From assembly GCA_000165425.1 (NCBI GenBank), contig CT868563.1:372001-425387 (forward strand): a stretch of DNA of 53,387 bases, given 5' to 3'. This stretch comes from Paramecium tetraurelia. Its lineage: Eukaryota. A program made the position numbers and the translations under genes. Positions 24,972-40,500 of the stretch are shown in pieces. The notes under the pieces are model-generated. The model was not told the DNA's origin and did not search any database. It saw only the letters and a program-made list of their open reading frames with translations. Each line of letters starts with the position of its first letter. Position 1 is the stretch's first letter.

Positions 24972-26512
24972 TCAAAATCTCTTTATTGTTACTTGCTGTT
25001 CTTTAAAATACGTATAATTTTGAAACTGATTTTAAGTTATTTCCTATCTAAGTAATAGTGATTTTTCTTTTATCAATTCATCTTATGAATCATGATCGGA
25101 CGAAATCTCCCGAATAAAGTCTTCATCTGATTATTTCATTAATTTGAATGGAGAAGGCAACTGCTTCTCATGCAACCCTTTCCATGGGAATCCTGAAAAC
25201 CATGGATGAGTTTAGATCTCTTCAATCCCACTATACCCTAAACGAGCCTGAGGTTTTCTCTGTAATAATTGATTAATGAAATCAGCTGCTTCCCATGACC
25301 AATTAGGAGGAACATCCTGCTTCTTGAGTGATACCTGTTTGGCAATAATAGCATCTCTAATATCTCTACGACTTTTGCCTAAGTATGGTCGTTTCCCCAT
25401 CATAAATTCATAAGCCATAACTCCTAATGCGAAATGATCTACTCCAAAACTATGATTTTATCTAAACATCACTTCAGGTGCTATTTAATAATATATTATG
25501 TTAGTACCCATATATCCAGGAGTACCACTAGTCTCTTAAGAATTCTCGGGTTTCACTATCCTTGCAATACCAAAATCTGTCAATCTCGGATACCCTTTCT
25601 TATCTAGAACAATGTTCTCAGGTTTAATATCTCTATGAATAATCCCATTTCTATGTAGGTACTCTAAAGCCAATAGCATACTAGCAATCAGGAACTCTAT
25701 CAATAATCAAATTATTTATCGTACTTGTATGTTATTCTGAAAACCTACGCATTTTTCCAATATGAAATCTAAGATCACCACCTGTTAATAAATCCATTAC
25801 TAGATACAAATTTTCTCTATCTTGAAAAGCATAATGAATATTTGCAATAAAAGGATGTTTAAGTTACGACAGTAGATTACGTTCATTCATCACTGAATTG
25901 GCAGAATTTTTGGCCAAAACCCTATTAGTTAAAATGAACTTACTTGGCTTTACTCATCTCTTTCATAGCAAATAGCTTTTGTGATTTAATCATTTCCACC
26001 CTCCATACTTTCCCAAATCCACCTTTTCCAAGAACATAATGAAATTTAAAATTACTCCTTCCAATTTCCGCATCGGTAGTGGGCAATCTTAAAGAATATT
26101 AATCCTCAATAAGTCTTGAATTAGGTCTGGAATATATAGAGTTTCTAAAACTCCGTTTTTCTTGGGATTTTGGAGCTTGGAAAAGCTTCGGTTACTAATC
26201 TAACTATAATTGAAATGATTTGCGAGGCAGTTATCTTAATTGAGGACTAGCACTCTTCTTGTTGCTGGAGAACTCATCTGGTCTTTTTCGTGTTTAACTA
26301 AAAGAACCGTCCAATTGAAAGCAAAGATTTGTTTTCCACATTTTTGGTTATTCCTTGGGAGATGTTGGAGTTGAAATTGGAATCGGGTTATTAAATGAAG
26401 GTAATTTGGAATGGCGACAAGTAAGTATTGATTGATTCTGTTTTACTCGATAGAAACTTGTATCTACAGCGTAATTTTGTATAATATTTCTTTGGCCAAT
26501 CGAATTCTTCAT
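24972..26512 (-). CDS. AGC-group Ser/Thr protein kinase with low-complexity N-terminal extension
   Basis: [61 protein letters not shown] at 24972-24974. Confidence 0.93.
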
Positions 26513-26933
26513 TTTAATTAATTTAATATATGCAATCACAACTATTCCATAGGAAATCACTTTGTTGAATCTATCAAGCATAAAATTCTGAAGAAGTTCC
26601 ATGGCAGATTAAGAACACTGAGAATTATTAATAAATTTCAAGAAGGACGATATTTAATTATAATTTATGATTCCTTATTTAATATCTATATCTATTCAAA
26701 ATTCACTGAGAATAGAAATGCTACAAGCTAGGAAAATAAGTTTCTTTTGTAATTTTAATACAGCAACCTAATTACTTCATAATGTTCTTTTATTTTAACT
26801 ATCATGATATCAGTTTAAATAGCTAGTTTAATGTTCATCTATGATTATAGGACAGTGGTATCTATTATAGTTTCATTTGAATATAAAATTTGAAATTAGA
26901 GGTTTGAATAGTTTTTGTTTATATAAATAGAAA

Positions 26934-28397
26934 TCATAAAAACTTTTTATAAATTTTTAACTCTTAAGGCATGGATCCAATACTTTAATCACTTTTTTCA
27001 ATATTTTTCACATAATTACTTGAATTAGTGTATCTATTGACTTGTATTATGATGAGAACTAGTTTTTCTATGTTAGGATGGAGTCGAAAGTCCTATTATT
27101 TCCTGATGCAGTTTTTGCATCACTTTAATGGATTATATGAGTTCTCCCTCATTATCTCCTATTCTGGTTGTTAAGATTTTGAGTTTTTGATAGATGCTTT
27201 GAGGATCCACTTATTTATTGTTTACTGCTGCAATTACATCCTTTTCTAGCTTCAAAACATTCTTTTGAACCATCTTGAAGTAGGATTGAATAATCTACAC
27301 AGAGGCTTATTCTTCAGTTTCTTGTATTAGACCTGTCGAACTTCTTTTGTGTCTGGAGTTGTCTGATATTTCCTTTGAAGTATTTGAACTATCTTTAGCA
27401 ATGTCTTTTAATAACTAGTTCTCCTTTTCTTTAATAATTTCACTATATTTTGGAGTTGATAGTTTCTTTTCTTCTGGAAAATATTATTTATTCTCAAATA
27501 TTTTGTCAGTTTTACTTTGCTATTACAACTATTATTAATATTATAGTTATTATTGTTATTATTATTGTTGCTAGACGAGTTGTGGTTAGACAGGTTTTTT
27601 GTTTTCAGTTTATTGAAAGAGTAACTGTGATGCATTTGTTGTTGGAGTTGCAACAGGTGTATTGGAATTGGGTTTAAAGAAATCATTAATTTTATTTTAT
27701 TAAATATTTGATGTATTAGCTTAGGTTTTAGCCTTGCCTTTAAAATATTTAATTTAATACATTCAATTGCAATTTCTTATTAAGGTATTTAATAAGATTA
27801 CTTTTTCTAATGATTTGATTAGGTAGGCTTAGACATTTGCTTACTGGGAGATATTCTCTCACTTCCTAAATTAGGTTTCTTTTTATTGAACTGAGAATGA
27901 TTGAATGCATTTTAGGGATTGTTATGATTAGCTTACACAGAGAGCATTTCACCAATTTTTGAGGCATTCTTATTATTTGGTTCAGATACTTCTTAAAATT
28001 AATAAGCATTGGATTGTCTTCTTCCCAAGATTGCATCTTATTAATTCTTCTAGAGTGAGAATTGACTCTAGTTTGAATATGAAACTTACTTCGTTAAGTA
28101 CTTCTTTTTCCATTTCACTTGAATCTGTAATTAGATATAATTCATTATTTTCAATCAATAAATTCTTGATATCATAAGTGTGTGTCAATTTACGACATTT
28201 TGGACATTGGATTCTAAATTTATTCTAGATTTGACTATTGTTTAGATTGAAATGAGATACCTTGTATTTTCTTGGATTTGTATATTGACTCCACATTTCA
28301 TGCACATGGAATGTGAACATATCAATTGGATTGGATTTTAAGCAGTCATTTTGCATAGCTGACAAATAGTAGATGAGTTTGAACTTTTATTTAGCAT
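26934..28397 (-). CDS. RING-finger (C3HC4) protein with long S/Q-rich tail
   Basis: N-terminal CQLC...LICSHSMCMKC...CPKC; low-complexity Q tract at ~27530-27580; TGA at 26934-26936. Confidence 0.75.
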
Positions 28398-28439
28398 TAA
28401 CTGATTATTATATTTTAATATTAATATATTGTAATGTGA

Positions 28440-28824
28440 TCATTATGACTTGGTGATTTCTGTTTTTAAGCCATCGAATGTATCAACAGGAACATGTTGA
28501 GCAAGTGTATAATATTTGCCTTTTCCATCATCTTCCTCCTTCTTCTTTCTTTGTAATCTGACTCTGATTCTTCTGGGAAGATTTCTGATTCCTCTAGCCC
28601 ACACTGCCTCATTCAAAGATGGGTCAATTCTGACATCTTCTGTAAGCATATTCTTTCTTGCTGACAAATCAACTCATTTTCATACCGAAATTAACAATAT
28701 ATGAGACTGCTCTTGGGGCTTTTCTCTTAAATGTTTCCTTGTGAACACCCTTATGAAGATTGATTGTGTAATCTCTGCTCACTTCACCTAATGGATTTGG
28801 CTTTCCCTTCTCCTTCTTTACCAT
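28440..28824 (-). CDS. RPL31: 60S ribosomal protein L31 (eL31)
   Basis: [12 protein letters not shown]...FKRKAPRA...[28 protein letters not shown]. One 25-nt intron. Confidence 0.97.
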
Positions 28825-28889
28825 TTCAAATAAATAATTTATTTAATATCTTTAATCAAAAAAATATATGAAAAAAAAGTTAATTAATC

Positions 28890-29554
28890 TCACAATTGCT
28901 GCTTCACCCTTATAGGTCTCATATTACTATTCTTACGTGATTGCAATCTATAATATTCCAAACATATACTATAGATTCATACTATTGTTCTGACTCTGCA
29001 ACTTCTACGTATCATCATCAATCCATCTATATCCTAGAAATATTTCTTGTTGTTCTTAATTTTGATGATGCGAATACCGTTCATCACTCTCATGACAGAC
29101 CTTTCATACTCAGCAAACGTACCTTTTTTAGTACTGATTTCAAATATAAATTTCTACGTTTTAAATGCATTATTGCTTATAATTGATTCTAAGTATACGC
29201 CTTTATGTGTTATGGTTATCCTGGAATTCCATTCAATTTTATACGCAAATGGGCAATATTTACTGGTTATTGCACTTTTGCATTTCCAATAAATACTCTC
29301 TGGGATTACTCCATCTCAATATTATACTTGCTTGTCTCCTTTTTCTTATTTATTAACTAATTGCTGAAAACAAATTTTTGTTATATTGAATTTCGAAGTG
29401 GAGTAGTCTAATGAATTGAAGGATGCACTCTGAGTGGTGAAAGTTGAGGACTCTTTAAGTATACCTTCTTTAAACATAGCCTATCTGACGGCGAAGTTTT
29501 TGTAATGCTTGAAACCTAAGTGACTTGTTTTCTTTCACCATCATCAGAATCCAT
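28890..29554 (-). CDS. Hypothetical protein (intron structure uncertain)
   Basis: ATG at 29554 (MDSDDGERKQVTQVSS...). Ends LQSRKNSNMRPIRVKQQL-TGA after a 22-nt intron; one internal frame change is not resolved. Confidence 0.45.
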
Positions 29555-29708
29555 TGATTATTCAATATCCCAACCTTTAAGTTAATCATTCTATTTATAC
29601 ATATAATTATATTCTTAAATTATATTGAATGCAGATAATATTAATTGAATAACAAAAGTTTATAAATTGGATATTTTAAATAATAACAAGGGAGGGAATT
29701 AAAAAAGA

Positions 29709-31097
<1,389 letters not shown>

Positions 31098-31180
31098 TTT
31101 TTACAATTTATCCTTAAAATTTTTATTACAATTCAATTTAAATTAAACTAATTTTTTAATTTCCTACTTAATCCCTTATA

Positions 31181-32931
31181 ATGTAAATTAACTAATTGCC
31201 ATCAAATTGCAAGGATAGATTAGCAGATCTGGAAGCTCGTATTCTAAAGAAGCCTAAAGTTGAAATATTGGAGGCTTTCCAAAGAGGAGATTCTTTTGAG
31301 GTTTTTTCTTCTGAAAAGGAGCGCAAATTGCCTACTAAATAATTATCTTTACAAGGAACTCCTCGTAAGAGTTCTAGTGATCAAACACTCTTTCGATAAT
31401 TATAAATTACGTAGTTTACAAAGAATATGTAGAGGAAATAAAATTATAATAATAATTTCGATTTAAACGTGGATGAATTATAAAATGCTGAGTAGACATT
31501 GAAAGAGAAATTAAATGCTATAGCCATATAGGATATCCGCATAAAGGAATTGGAAGCAAGAGTTACTGAATTGAATTAAGAATTATAAGTATAATAATGT
31601 AATAATCAATAGGAACAAAAGGAGCAGCAATTCAAAAGTGAGAATGCAATAAGATAATTTGTTATAGAAGTAGATTAATATGAGAGAATGCATATGATAA
31701 TGGAAATAGAGAAAAATAAAGAGAAACTAGGAGAATACTCTTATTAGAGAGAGAAGACTTAGATTCAGGAAGTGTGGGTGGATGGAAAGGAAATAAAGCA
31801 AATCAAAGAAAAGATTAAATTGATTGAAAACTAGAAAGAAGAAATAGAGAATAAAAAAAAATAATTTTAGTTTCAATCTTCTTCTTAATATCTGAAATAT
31901 GTGTTATTATCTAAAGAATAATCACTATTATAAGAGTAATTAAGTCGCTTGGAAAATGAAAGACAAATCTTTATAAAGTAATTAAGGAGATAATATGATG
32001 AAGAACATGCTCGATTCAAGAAGATTAATGAGTATAGAACAATAGGAGAAAGATATGTGCTATTATAATTACTAGGTAGAGGAGGCTTTAGTGAAGTATA
32101 TAAGGTATGAAATTTGCTTATTATTTTACTAGGGATATGATTTAAAAGAGCTTAAATATGTTGCTTGTAAAATACATCAATTGAATCCAGATTGGTCAGT
32201 CAATTCAAAATCAAATTATGTTAAACATGCAACAAGAGAGTACAAAGTACATAGGGAATTATAACATCCTAATATAGTGAAGTTATATGATTCAGTAGAA
32301 ATCGATATGAATGCATTTTGTACAGTTCTAGAATATTGCGATGGCTGTGATCTATCAATCTATATCAAGAGATACAAGTAGTTTCAAGAAAAAGAAGCCA
32401 AATTAATTATCTAATAAGTGTTAAATGCAATCAAATATATTCATTAGAGTAACATTATTCACTATGATATCAAACCATAAAATATTTTATTTCATCAAAA
32501 TGAAATCAAATTATCAGATTTTGGATTATGTAAGGTAGTTGATAATGATAAATCTAAAATGGAATTGACATCATAAGGTGTAGGCACCTATTGGTATCTT
32601 CCACCAGAGTGTTTCCATACCGGGGATTAACCTCCCAATATCTCTAATAAGGTTGATATTTGGTCTTTAGGAGTAATCTTTTATGAAATGCTTTATGGAG
32701 TGAAGCCCTTTGGACATGGATATAGTCAAGAGACTATTTTGAAAGAAAAAGTACTTTGTTTTCTATTATTTAAAGATTATTTTAAAATCTGAATGTGTAA
32801 ATTTCCCCGCAAAACCTGTGATTTCTAACGAATGCAAGGATTTTATAAAAGGATGCCTCAATTATTCTTAGGCTGAAAGATTTGATATAGTTTAAGCTTG
32901 TAATCATTAATACATGTAACAGAGAAAATGA
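31181..32931 (+). CDS. TLK: Tousled-like kinase
   Basis: Coiled-coil N-terminus, then [29 protein letters not shown]...[39 protein letters not shown] and ISNKVDIWS, which are diagnostic of TLK. Confidence 0.95.
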
Positions 32932-32996
32932 AAATAATTATAATAATATATTCTTTATATTTATTCATTGAAGATGGCTATTAAGCTATTAAGCAA

Positions 32997-34800
32997 TCAA
33001 GGCCAATTTTAAATCTGCTTATCTAAGAAGCTATTTATTCTTTGACCTAAATTTCGAGAGTATAATTACCATGAACAGTTGATTTGATTGCTGTGAATTC
33101 AGATTGATTCTAATACAAATGATCTGAAATATATTTTAATACATTGTGATCGCTTAGCACTAAGAATTTCTTTATTACATAATTTGCATATTGATGATTG
33201 GATAAAACAACGAAATTGCTTGTGCTATTAAGATATCATATGATATTATGTACTATTGATTAGGACTTCTGCAAAGTAGCCATTTCATAATAGAAACTAA
33301 TTCTTGTTTGCCTATGGCTTCCAATGCTCGTTCAACAGTGTTACTGGTAATTTTAAATAGTAAATGTACCTTGCATATTTATTAATGCTGAGTTGAAAAA
33401 ACTGTTGTAAAACTAATTGAACTAAATGGAACTTCTCTTGACTTGGAATCCAATATTAGAGAATATGTTGTAGTACATAATTGCCATATTCAGTTTAACT
33501 TAAAATATTGTAATTTTGGACTGATAATCTAATAATTTTGGTAATCTATTGTTGAGAATATTGCTAAATAATTTTATGAATGATTTTGCAGCCATAAATT
33601 TGTTGTCCCATATAATTGAACTATGAATATAATTTATATGAAATACTGATTCTTCAACTATAGGGATCATAAATTCCATTTTAAATTTATCAAAGGTTTC
33701 AAGCATTTTAAAAATGACATAATTTCCATTCAAATCATATACCAAAGATCGCATATTTGATTGCAATTGTTATAAGACTAAGATTTGGAGATCATTTCGA
33801 TTATAGGTGTACTCAATCAATTTCTACATGACTCTGCATCCGAAAGCATTTTTAGATAAATCATAGAAATGAGGTTTCAGTTTAGTGAACATTCTCTATT
33901 GCAATTTATTATTGGCTATTTTGATAATATAAACAAGTACTGCATTCAAAGATCTTTTATACAACATAATTGCCGAATATGTCTTTCTCCACTTGAGGAC
34001 TAACTCGTTCCAATTTCTACACTATCAATTCCTTTTAATCATTTGATCCTGTCTCCAGCATCTTCTGCAATTTCCTACTGACTATCTGGTTGCCCCACAA
34101 TGAATCCTAAGATGGAAAGCAAATTCTTACCACCAGACTTGTTATATACAAATCCATTTCAATATCAGGTTCATACATAGGACTATTACAATCCATCAAA
34201 GGAGTATAAATGTTTAGAGTAGGTATTTTGTAATCAACAATTGGTATTTTTTGATCCACAATCTCTTTGAAGTATTCAGTTTCACTCTTCTCTGAATTCC
34301 AGAGTTCCTTGATAAATTTCAATGTCTGGGCATTCATTGAAGATGTGTCTGGCGATTGCTGATCTGTATGAGTCTCTAAGTTTTATTCTCCTAATTCCAA
34401 TTATGGCACTGTCTATTGTGGTTGATAAGTCTTGTGCTTTGGCGATTTCCTAATCTAATCTTTAGCCACCTTGAAGCTTTGATATTTCTGTTATATATAG
34501 AAGAGTAAATCTACTTATAATTTGCATTTATTTTCTTCTTATTCATTTATGGTGTCAATATTTTCATAATTTTTATGATTCACAACACTCTCCTTTGGTG
34601 AAGTGTCCAAAGTTATTTGTTCAAAATCATACGTCAAAGTGTTACTCATAGGAGTCATCATGCCCAAGTTCCCCAATCTGTAATATATTAAGTTTAGATT
34701 ACTTCACTTTTTACTAATCACTTAACTGTCCCTCTCCATTTTCAGTTCCTTGAAAATCATTGGGTAAAGAAGGCAGACTATCACTTAATGTAGTATTCAT
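32997..34800 (-). CDS. Pumilio/PUF RNA-binding protein (8 repeats)
   Basis: Repeat cores SRKLQ, GNYVVQ, GCRVMQ, GNYVIF, GCKIIH, GNYVLQ, ASNTVE, ANYVIK and terminal TVHGQRI. Several small introns. Confidence 0.9.
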
Positions 34801-35351
34801 CTTGGGTGATTAATTTAATAAATCTTTTATATTTTTTTAATTCAAAATCTTCCCTCATTTAGACTATTTTTTATGTAATAAAATGGTATGATGTTAAAAC
34901 ATATTATAATTCTTTATTAAATAATTAGTGTAATATTGATCATATTTTCAATCTTGTACTAATATGTATAAGTAATGATGTTGAAGTTATCATTCCACTT
35001 ATCCTTTTATGTTAAAAAATTATCAACAGAATTATGAGTTTATCTGAATCTTAACGATATCATAATCTGTCTGTTAATCTAGATTATAGACTGTGTATTA
35101 TTAATTAACTCAGACTAACTGCTACATAGGTTTATTGTAATAAACTATAGACAGTCTAACAAAGATTAAATATCTTAGGTATTTGCAATAAGTTTAGAAT
35201 ACTGTTAAAAATGAATCCACTCCCTTTATTATAAGTTAACTTAGCTCTTTTTGAAACATTTGTTTAAATATTTTAGACTATATTCTTTATATATCTATTG
35301 ATTTGAATTAAGTCTAATATAATTACAATTATATTAAGAATAAATTAAAGA

Positions 35352-36056
35352 ATGCATTATCGATCTTAGAATGAATATTTCAAATTTTTTGATATAAAGA
35401 CGTAGATATCACCAAGATAGATAAAGATAGAAACACTTCCATCTACTAACAGAAAGATATAAAATTTCTCATTAACGAACAGATCGTAATAGAAAGATTA
35501 ACAACTTATATATGAGATTGAGGGGAATTCTAAAATTAATCGTTCGACATATAACCATTTCCTCAACTCCAAAAGCAGAAGACCTACTAGACATCTTCAA
35601 AAAAATGGGCTTTTTCAACATGGTATCTTAAAGCAATAATAAAAACCTTTGGAACGTTTGCATTCTCAATCATATAGATAAACCTAAAGTTAAAATAAGA
35701 ATAGAAGTTAAAGAGATATTTTTTTGAATACAAAATTCTTTCTGTCTCCTAAGCATTTGCACAAAAAAATAAAACAGGAAACATTTCATTAAAATTATTA
35801 AATTGAGAAATAGATTGATCTCCCACCGAAAGAAAAGATTCCCTATTTGCAGATTAGTCAAACTGATATTATGCCACTTGTAAATCATAATATCTGTTAT
35901 AATAACAAAGTAGGAATGAAAAATAAGTATAAAATAATTTCGTATGCAAAAAAAGATGATCCTCAACTAATCTCATCGAATAGAGATAATGAAAATATCG
36001 ATGATGATAATTCTGAATTCTATTTGGTGTTATTTAGATCAAAAAAAGAATTATGA
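35352..36056 (+). CDS. Hypothetical basic protein (234 aa)
   Basis: ATG at 35352 to TGA at 36056 is 705 nt, in frame, starting MHYRSQNEYFKFFDIK. Confidence 0.6.
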
Positions 36057-36118
36057 TTATCATTATATATAGATTTCTTTTCTTATATTTAATTTTACAA
36101 TTACCTCAAATAATTTTA

Positions 36119-37438
36119 ATGAAACTCTAGCCAAAATATCCTAACTTCTATAAATTACTCTATTGTACAACAATTATTATGCTTTGTTACACCTTTTAAA
36201 ATGCAGGAAAGAGCATTTCGTATAATATTTATAATTCGGTATTGTTTATTTTATATACAGTAAGGGCTAACATTCCTATATTCAATGCAGTTTACAATCA
36301 ATTATTTTATATCCCCTATAGCCTTGTTGTTTATGGATGCAATCATCTCTAGATTATCCATGAGCACCATACTATATTTAGGAAGCTTCAATGCCTTTGC
36401 ATTTTTATTAGGTGCTTTTGTTGTATCCTCATGCCAATAAGCAGATTTATTTTATTGCAATGTAAGCACATTAACACTTGCTATTGCAATTGAAACTCTG
36501 TTAGGAGGAGTGGCATCATGTTTACTTTTTGTAGGTTATCCTGTTTATATCAATTCCATTTCCAATCCTTAGAATAAATCGTATTATTTTGGCATTGGTT
36601 ATTCCATATATTCAATATCTAGCTTTACAGGAAACACAATTGGTTATTTTACTTCAACAAAAATAGAACCATTTTATTATTATTCAATTTTAATAGTAGG
36701 ATTAGCAATTACATAATTATTCCTCTTTAGAGTAGAAGACTTAAGAGATAGAACTCAGATTGTTAAACAATCATTTTCGAATATGTTCAAACAACAGATT
36801 AAATAACTAAAGAATGCATTTAATAATAAGGATTACTAAGCATTTATTCCATTTCTAATCTTTTGTAGTATGCTATAGGGTTGCTATTTCACATTTTTAC
36901 CTGCTCTTTTGAAACATGTACAAGGTGGAATTACTATAAATGAACACACTTTTCTACTTTATTTAATTGGCGGGCTTGGAATGATGTTAGGAGGTATATT
37001 TGCAGGGAAATTGTCTCAGAAGGCAAATTTATTTATTGTAGGATGGTGTTAAGTTTTCTTTGCTATTTTATTTGTAATTTTAGCAATGACTTCATATTAT
37101 TGGAAAATTCTAAACACAACTTATACTACTGGGTTCTTCTGTGGGATTGTATTTACAGGAACAGAATCCTTGGCTGCTATGATTACAGGTGTCTTGGTAT
37201 CAGATAAGAGTTACTACTTTGTTGCAAATGACATATTGATAGTATAAATTTGTTATAATTTTAGTGCTTAGGAATAGCTCTAACATCGAGTATTTCTTTA
37301 TTGTTGAGCAAATCTAATTTGTAAGCTATGGTCTATGTGGTAATGATGATTTTGATGTTGAATATTGTTTCCCTGATTTATGCATAAAGGATTTTCAAGA
37401 CTCCTAACAAGAATTCTAAAGTGTAATTACTAAACTGA
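36119..37438 (+). CDS. MFS / UNC-93-like multi-pass membrane transporter
   Basis: Around 12 hydrophobic Gly-containing segments in two halves separated by a hydrophilic loop (e.g. LGGVASCLLFVGYPVYI, GGLGMMLGGIFAGKLS). Small introns. Confidence 0.75.
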
Positions 37439-37513
37439 TAAAAAAAAGAGGAAATTATAGTTGATTATTTTGATATTGTGATATCAATATATTATATAAT
37501 TATAAAACGAATA

Positions 37514-40500
37514 ATGCATACGCTTAGAACAAGCTTACTGTTATGTATGTTAATTTATATTAATTATGCAGGGTATGTTTGCATCTAATCTTAGATCTGA
37601 AGCACTGAGCTTATTGAATCAAATGAAACCAAAATTCAAGGAGGAATCAGATCTAGGCACAGAAGACTTAATATATAAGAAAGTCACTGAATAATTAAAA
37701 CAATAACAGCCTCATTTCGATACTGATGAAGAAGAAACAAAGAATGAAGTCTCCTTTAGAGAATTTTATAAAAATGTACGATCAGGTAAACATGAGTTAG
37801 TTGATGATGAAGAAATCAATATTATAGAACCAGAACATAAGGAAATTCAAATTCAATCCTACTTATAAGAATTGAGTGATGGACTCGAACCATAAACCGA
37901 AACTATTGCAGAAACTGAAATTTAGACTGATCCTGAAAAGTTAGGAAAGTTTAAAAAGTACTTTATTAAAGAGGATGAAAATAAACAATAAGTGAACATA
38001 GAAACCAACATTGAAAATAGTAATCCTATTGAAAAGAAAATGACATTGAGAGAGAAATTAGAAATGAAAAAAAAATAGGCTTAATAACCCCCAGTTTTAG
38101 CTGCAATCTAGATTAAATAAGAAGTAGATAATCAAGAATAAGTTGCTGATTAGAATGTTGGCAAAACAACATTAATCAAAAAGATAGAAGAATTCAAAAA
38201 AATGAAATAGTCTAAGGATACAAAAGAAACTTAATAAGAAACTTAATAAGAAAATCAATAAGAACAGACAATCAAATCAGTACCTGAGAATCCTTTGAGA
38301 AAACTCTTAAATAAAAAGGCAGAGGAGAGGAAAGAATAAGAACTCAATTAATAAATTGAATAGAATAAATTATAAATATAGACACAAGAAGCTGAAATAG
38401 AATTAAAATAAATAGATGCAGAAGATATACCATTCGACCAAAATACTGATAATGAGTAAAATATAGATAATCAATCAGAACAAAAGGAATCTTCCGAAAA
38501 TAATGATGAAACCATAAATTAATAAGAATAAGATAATGATGATACCCTAAATTAATAAGAACAATATAATGATGATACAATATATTAATAAGATTAAGAT
38601 AATGTTGAATCTCAATAAGAAAATAAAATTTAAGATGAAAACGATAATGATGCAAGTATTTAATAACAATAATAAATCGAATCTGATATAAATCCAAATA
38701 TTGATCCTGAAATTTAAGAAGATTAAACTATAATTGATGATGAATCATAAAGATTTTAATAGGATTCAGAAGGTATTACTAACACAGATTACGATCAGCA
38801 ACAATAACATATAGCTAATGAAAAATAAATTAATTCCAATGAAGATTAATCATAAGTTATTACAAGCGAAAATTATGAATAAGAAATTGTTAATAATAAT
38901 GATCAAGACCAATAGATGGTTAATGATAATGATTATGAAATAGTTAATAATAATGATCATAAAGTATCAAATAATTTTGATTAAAATATAGATAATAATA
39001 ATGACTAAGAAATAGTAAACAATAATGATTAAGAGCAGTAGTAGTATAATAATGATTAAGAGCAGTAGTATAGTAATGATTAAGACTATTAGAATAATGA
39101 CTTAACCAATTAAGAAATTCAATAAGAGAATTAAGAATTTGAAGCATAGGAATAATAATAATCTTAATATAAATTATAATAATAAGAAATATAAACTGAT
39201 AATTAATAATAAAATATAAATGATGATGACTATAACTAAGATTAATAATAAAATTAAAATGTTGATGATTATAATTATGAGGAATAATAGAATATGGATT
39301 AAGATTAAAATTTAGAAAATTAGCAAGAATCATCAAATATTAATACTTCTAAATAAGGAGAAAATAATGATATAATAAATGAAGAGAAAGTTGAAAATAC
39401 ATTGTCAGAAGGTTTTGTGATGGAAAATAATGTTGAAAATTCAGATTATCTTGAGGATGTACAAGACGCTGAAATAATACAAAAGAAGAGAGAAGTAGAG
39501 GAAATGATTGAGGAAGAAGAAAGAATTAAATAAAAATTAGAATTAAAAGAATTAGATGATGAGAAAAAACTCAATGAATTAGAAGAATAAGAGAAACTAT
39601 TGATTAATGAAAAAGAATAAGAATAGAAGGAAATTGAAGAAGTTTAAAAATAAATTGATTAAGATTATAGTTAATTAAAAGATATTGAAAAAGGAGGGAA
39701 GAAATAATAAGATTATTAAGAAAATGAATTAAAATAAGAAGATAATTAAGAGGTAGAACCTTTGTAGGAGGCATTACAAGAAGATTTAAATATTTCGACA
39801 GATATTCCCTTAGAAAATCAAAAAGATTAATAAAAAACTCAAAATCAATTAGAATAGAATACTAAATAAGAAGAGAAAGTTGAACCCTTAGAAAGTAAAC
39901 CAGTAGATGGTAGCATTTAATTATAAGATGAAACTCTAGAAAATGGATTTAATATTGATGAATATCAAAGATTACAACATTAAAGTGAAGATAAATCCGA
40001 ATAGGATACTACTAATTATTCATAAAGTAGTGAATTATATCATAAAAATGAGTACATCACTTAAATTAAAAATGATCAACAAGATTAAGTAATATAATAA
40101 TCAGAGCCAACATTATCAATAGATAAATAAACAAATTTCAAGGATCAAGATGTTTAATACTAACCAAAGATCTAAATAACCTAGGAAATATCAACAGGTG
40201 ATAACTAAGATCTTACATAAAGCAATTAAGAATAAGAAGGGCTTAATACTACAAAAGATAACTAATTAATAGAAGAAAAGAATCCTAATTCAGATTAATA
40301 AGAAAATACTTATTTGGATAATCAAATAGAAAGCACAAATGGGAGTGACATATCTAACGAATCTACTAGTTTAGAATCAAAAATAGACGTTTCCAATGAA
40401 ACCCATAATCTTTCAGAAAATTAATAAGATTAGTAATCACTCTAATAATAAGAGAATTAAATTTAAGATGATGATACTCCTAGTCTGATTCCTGTAGATG

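Noticed and set aside
34860..35340. Possible box C/D snoRNA or other ncRNA in the long spacer
   Set aside because: No exact RUGAUGA box C with a terminal stem, and no tRNA or rRNA-like structure visible.
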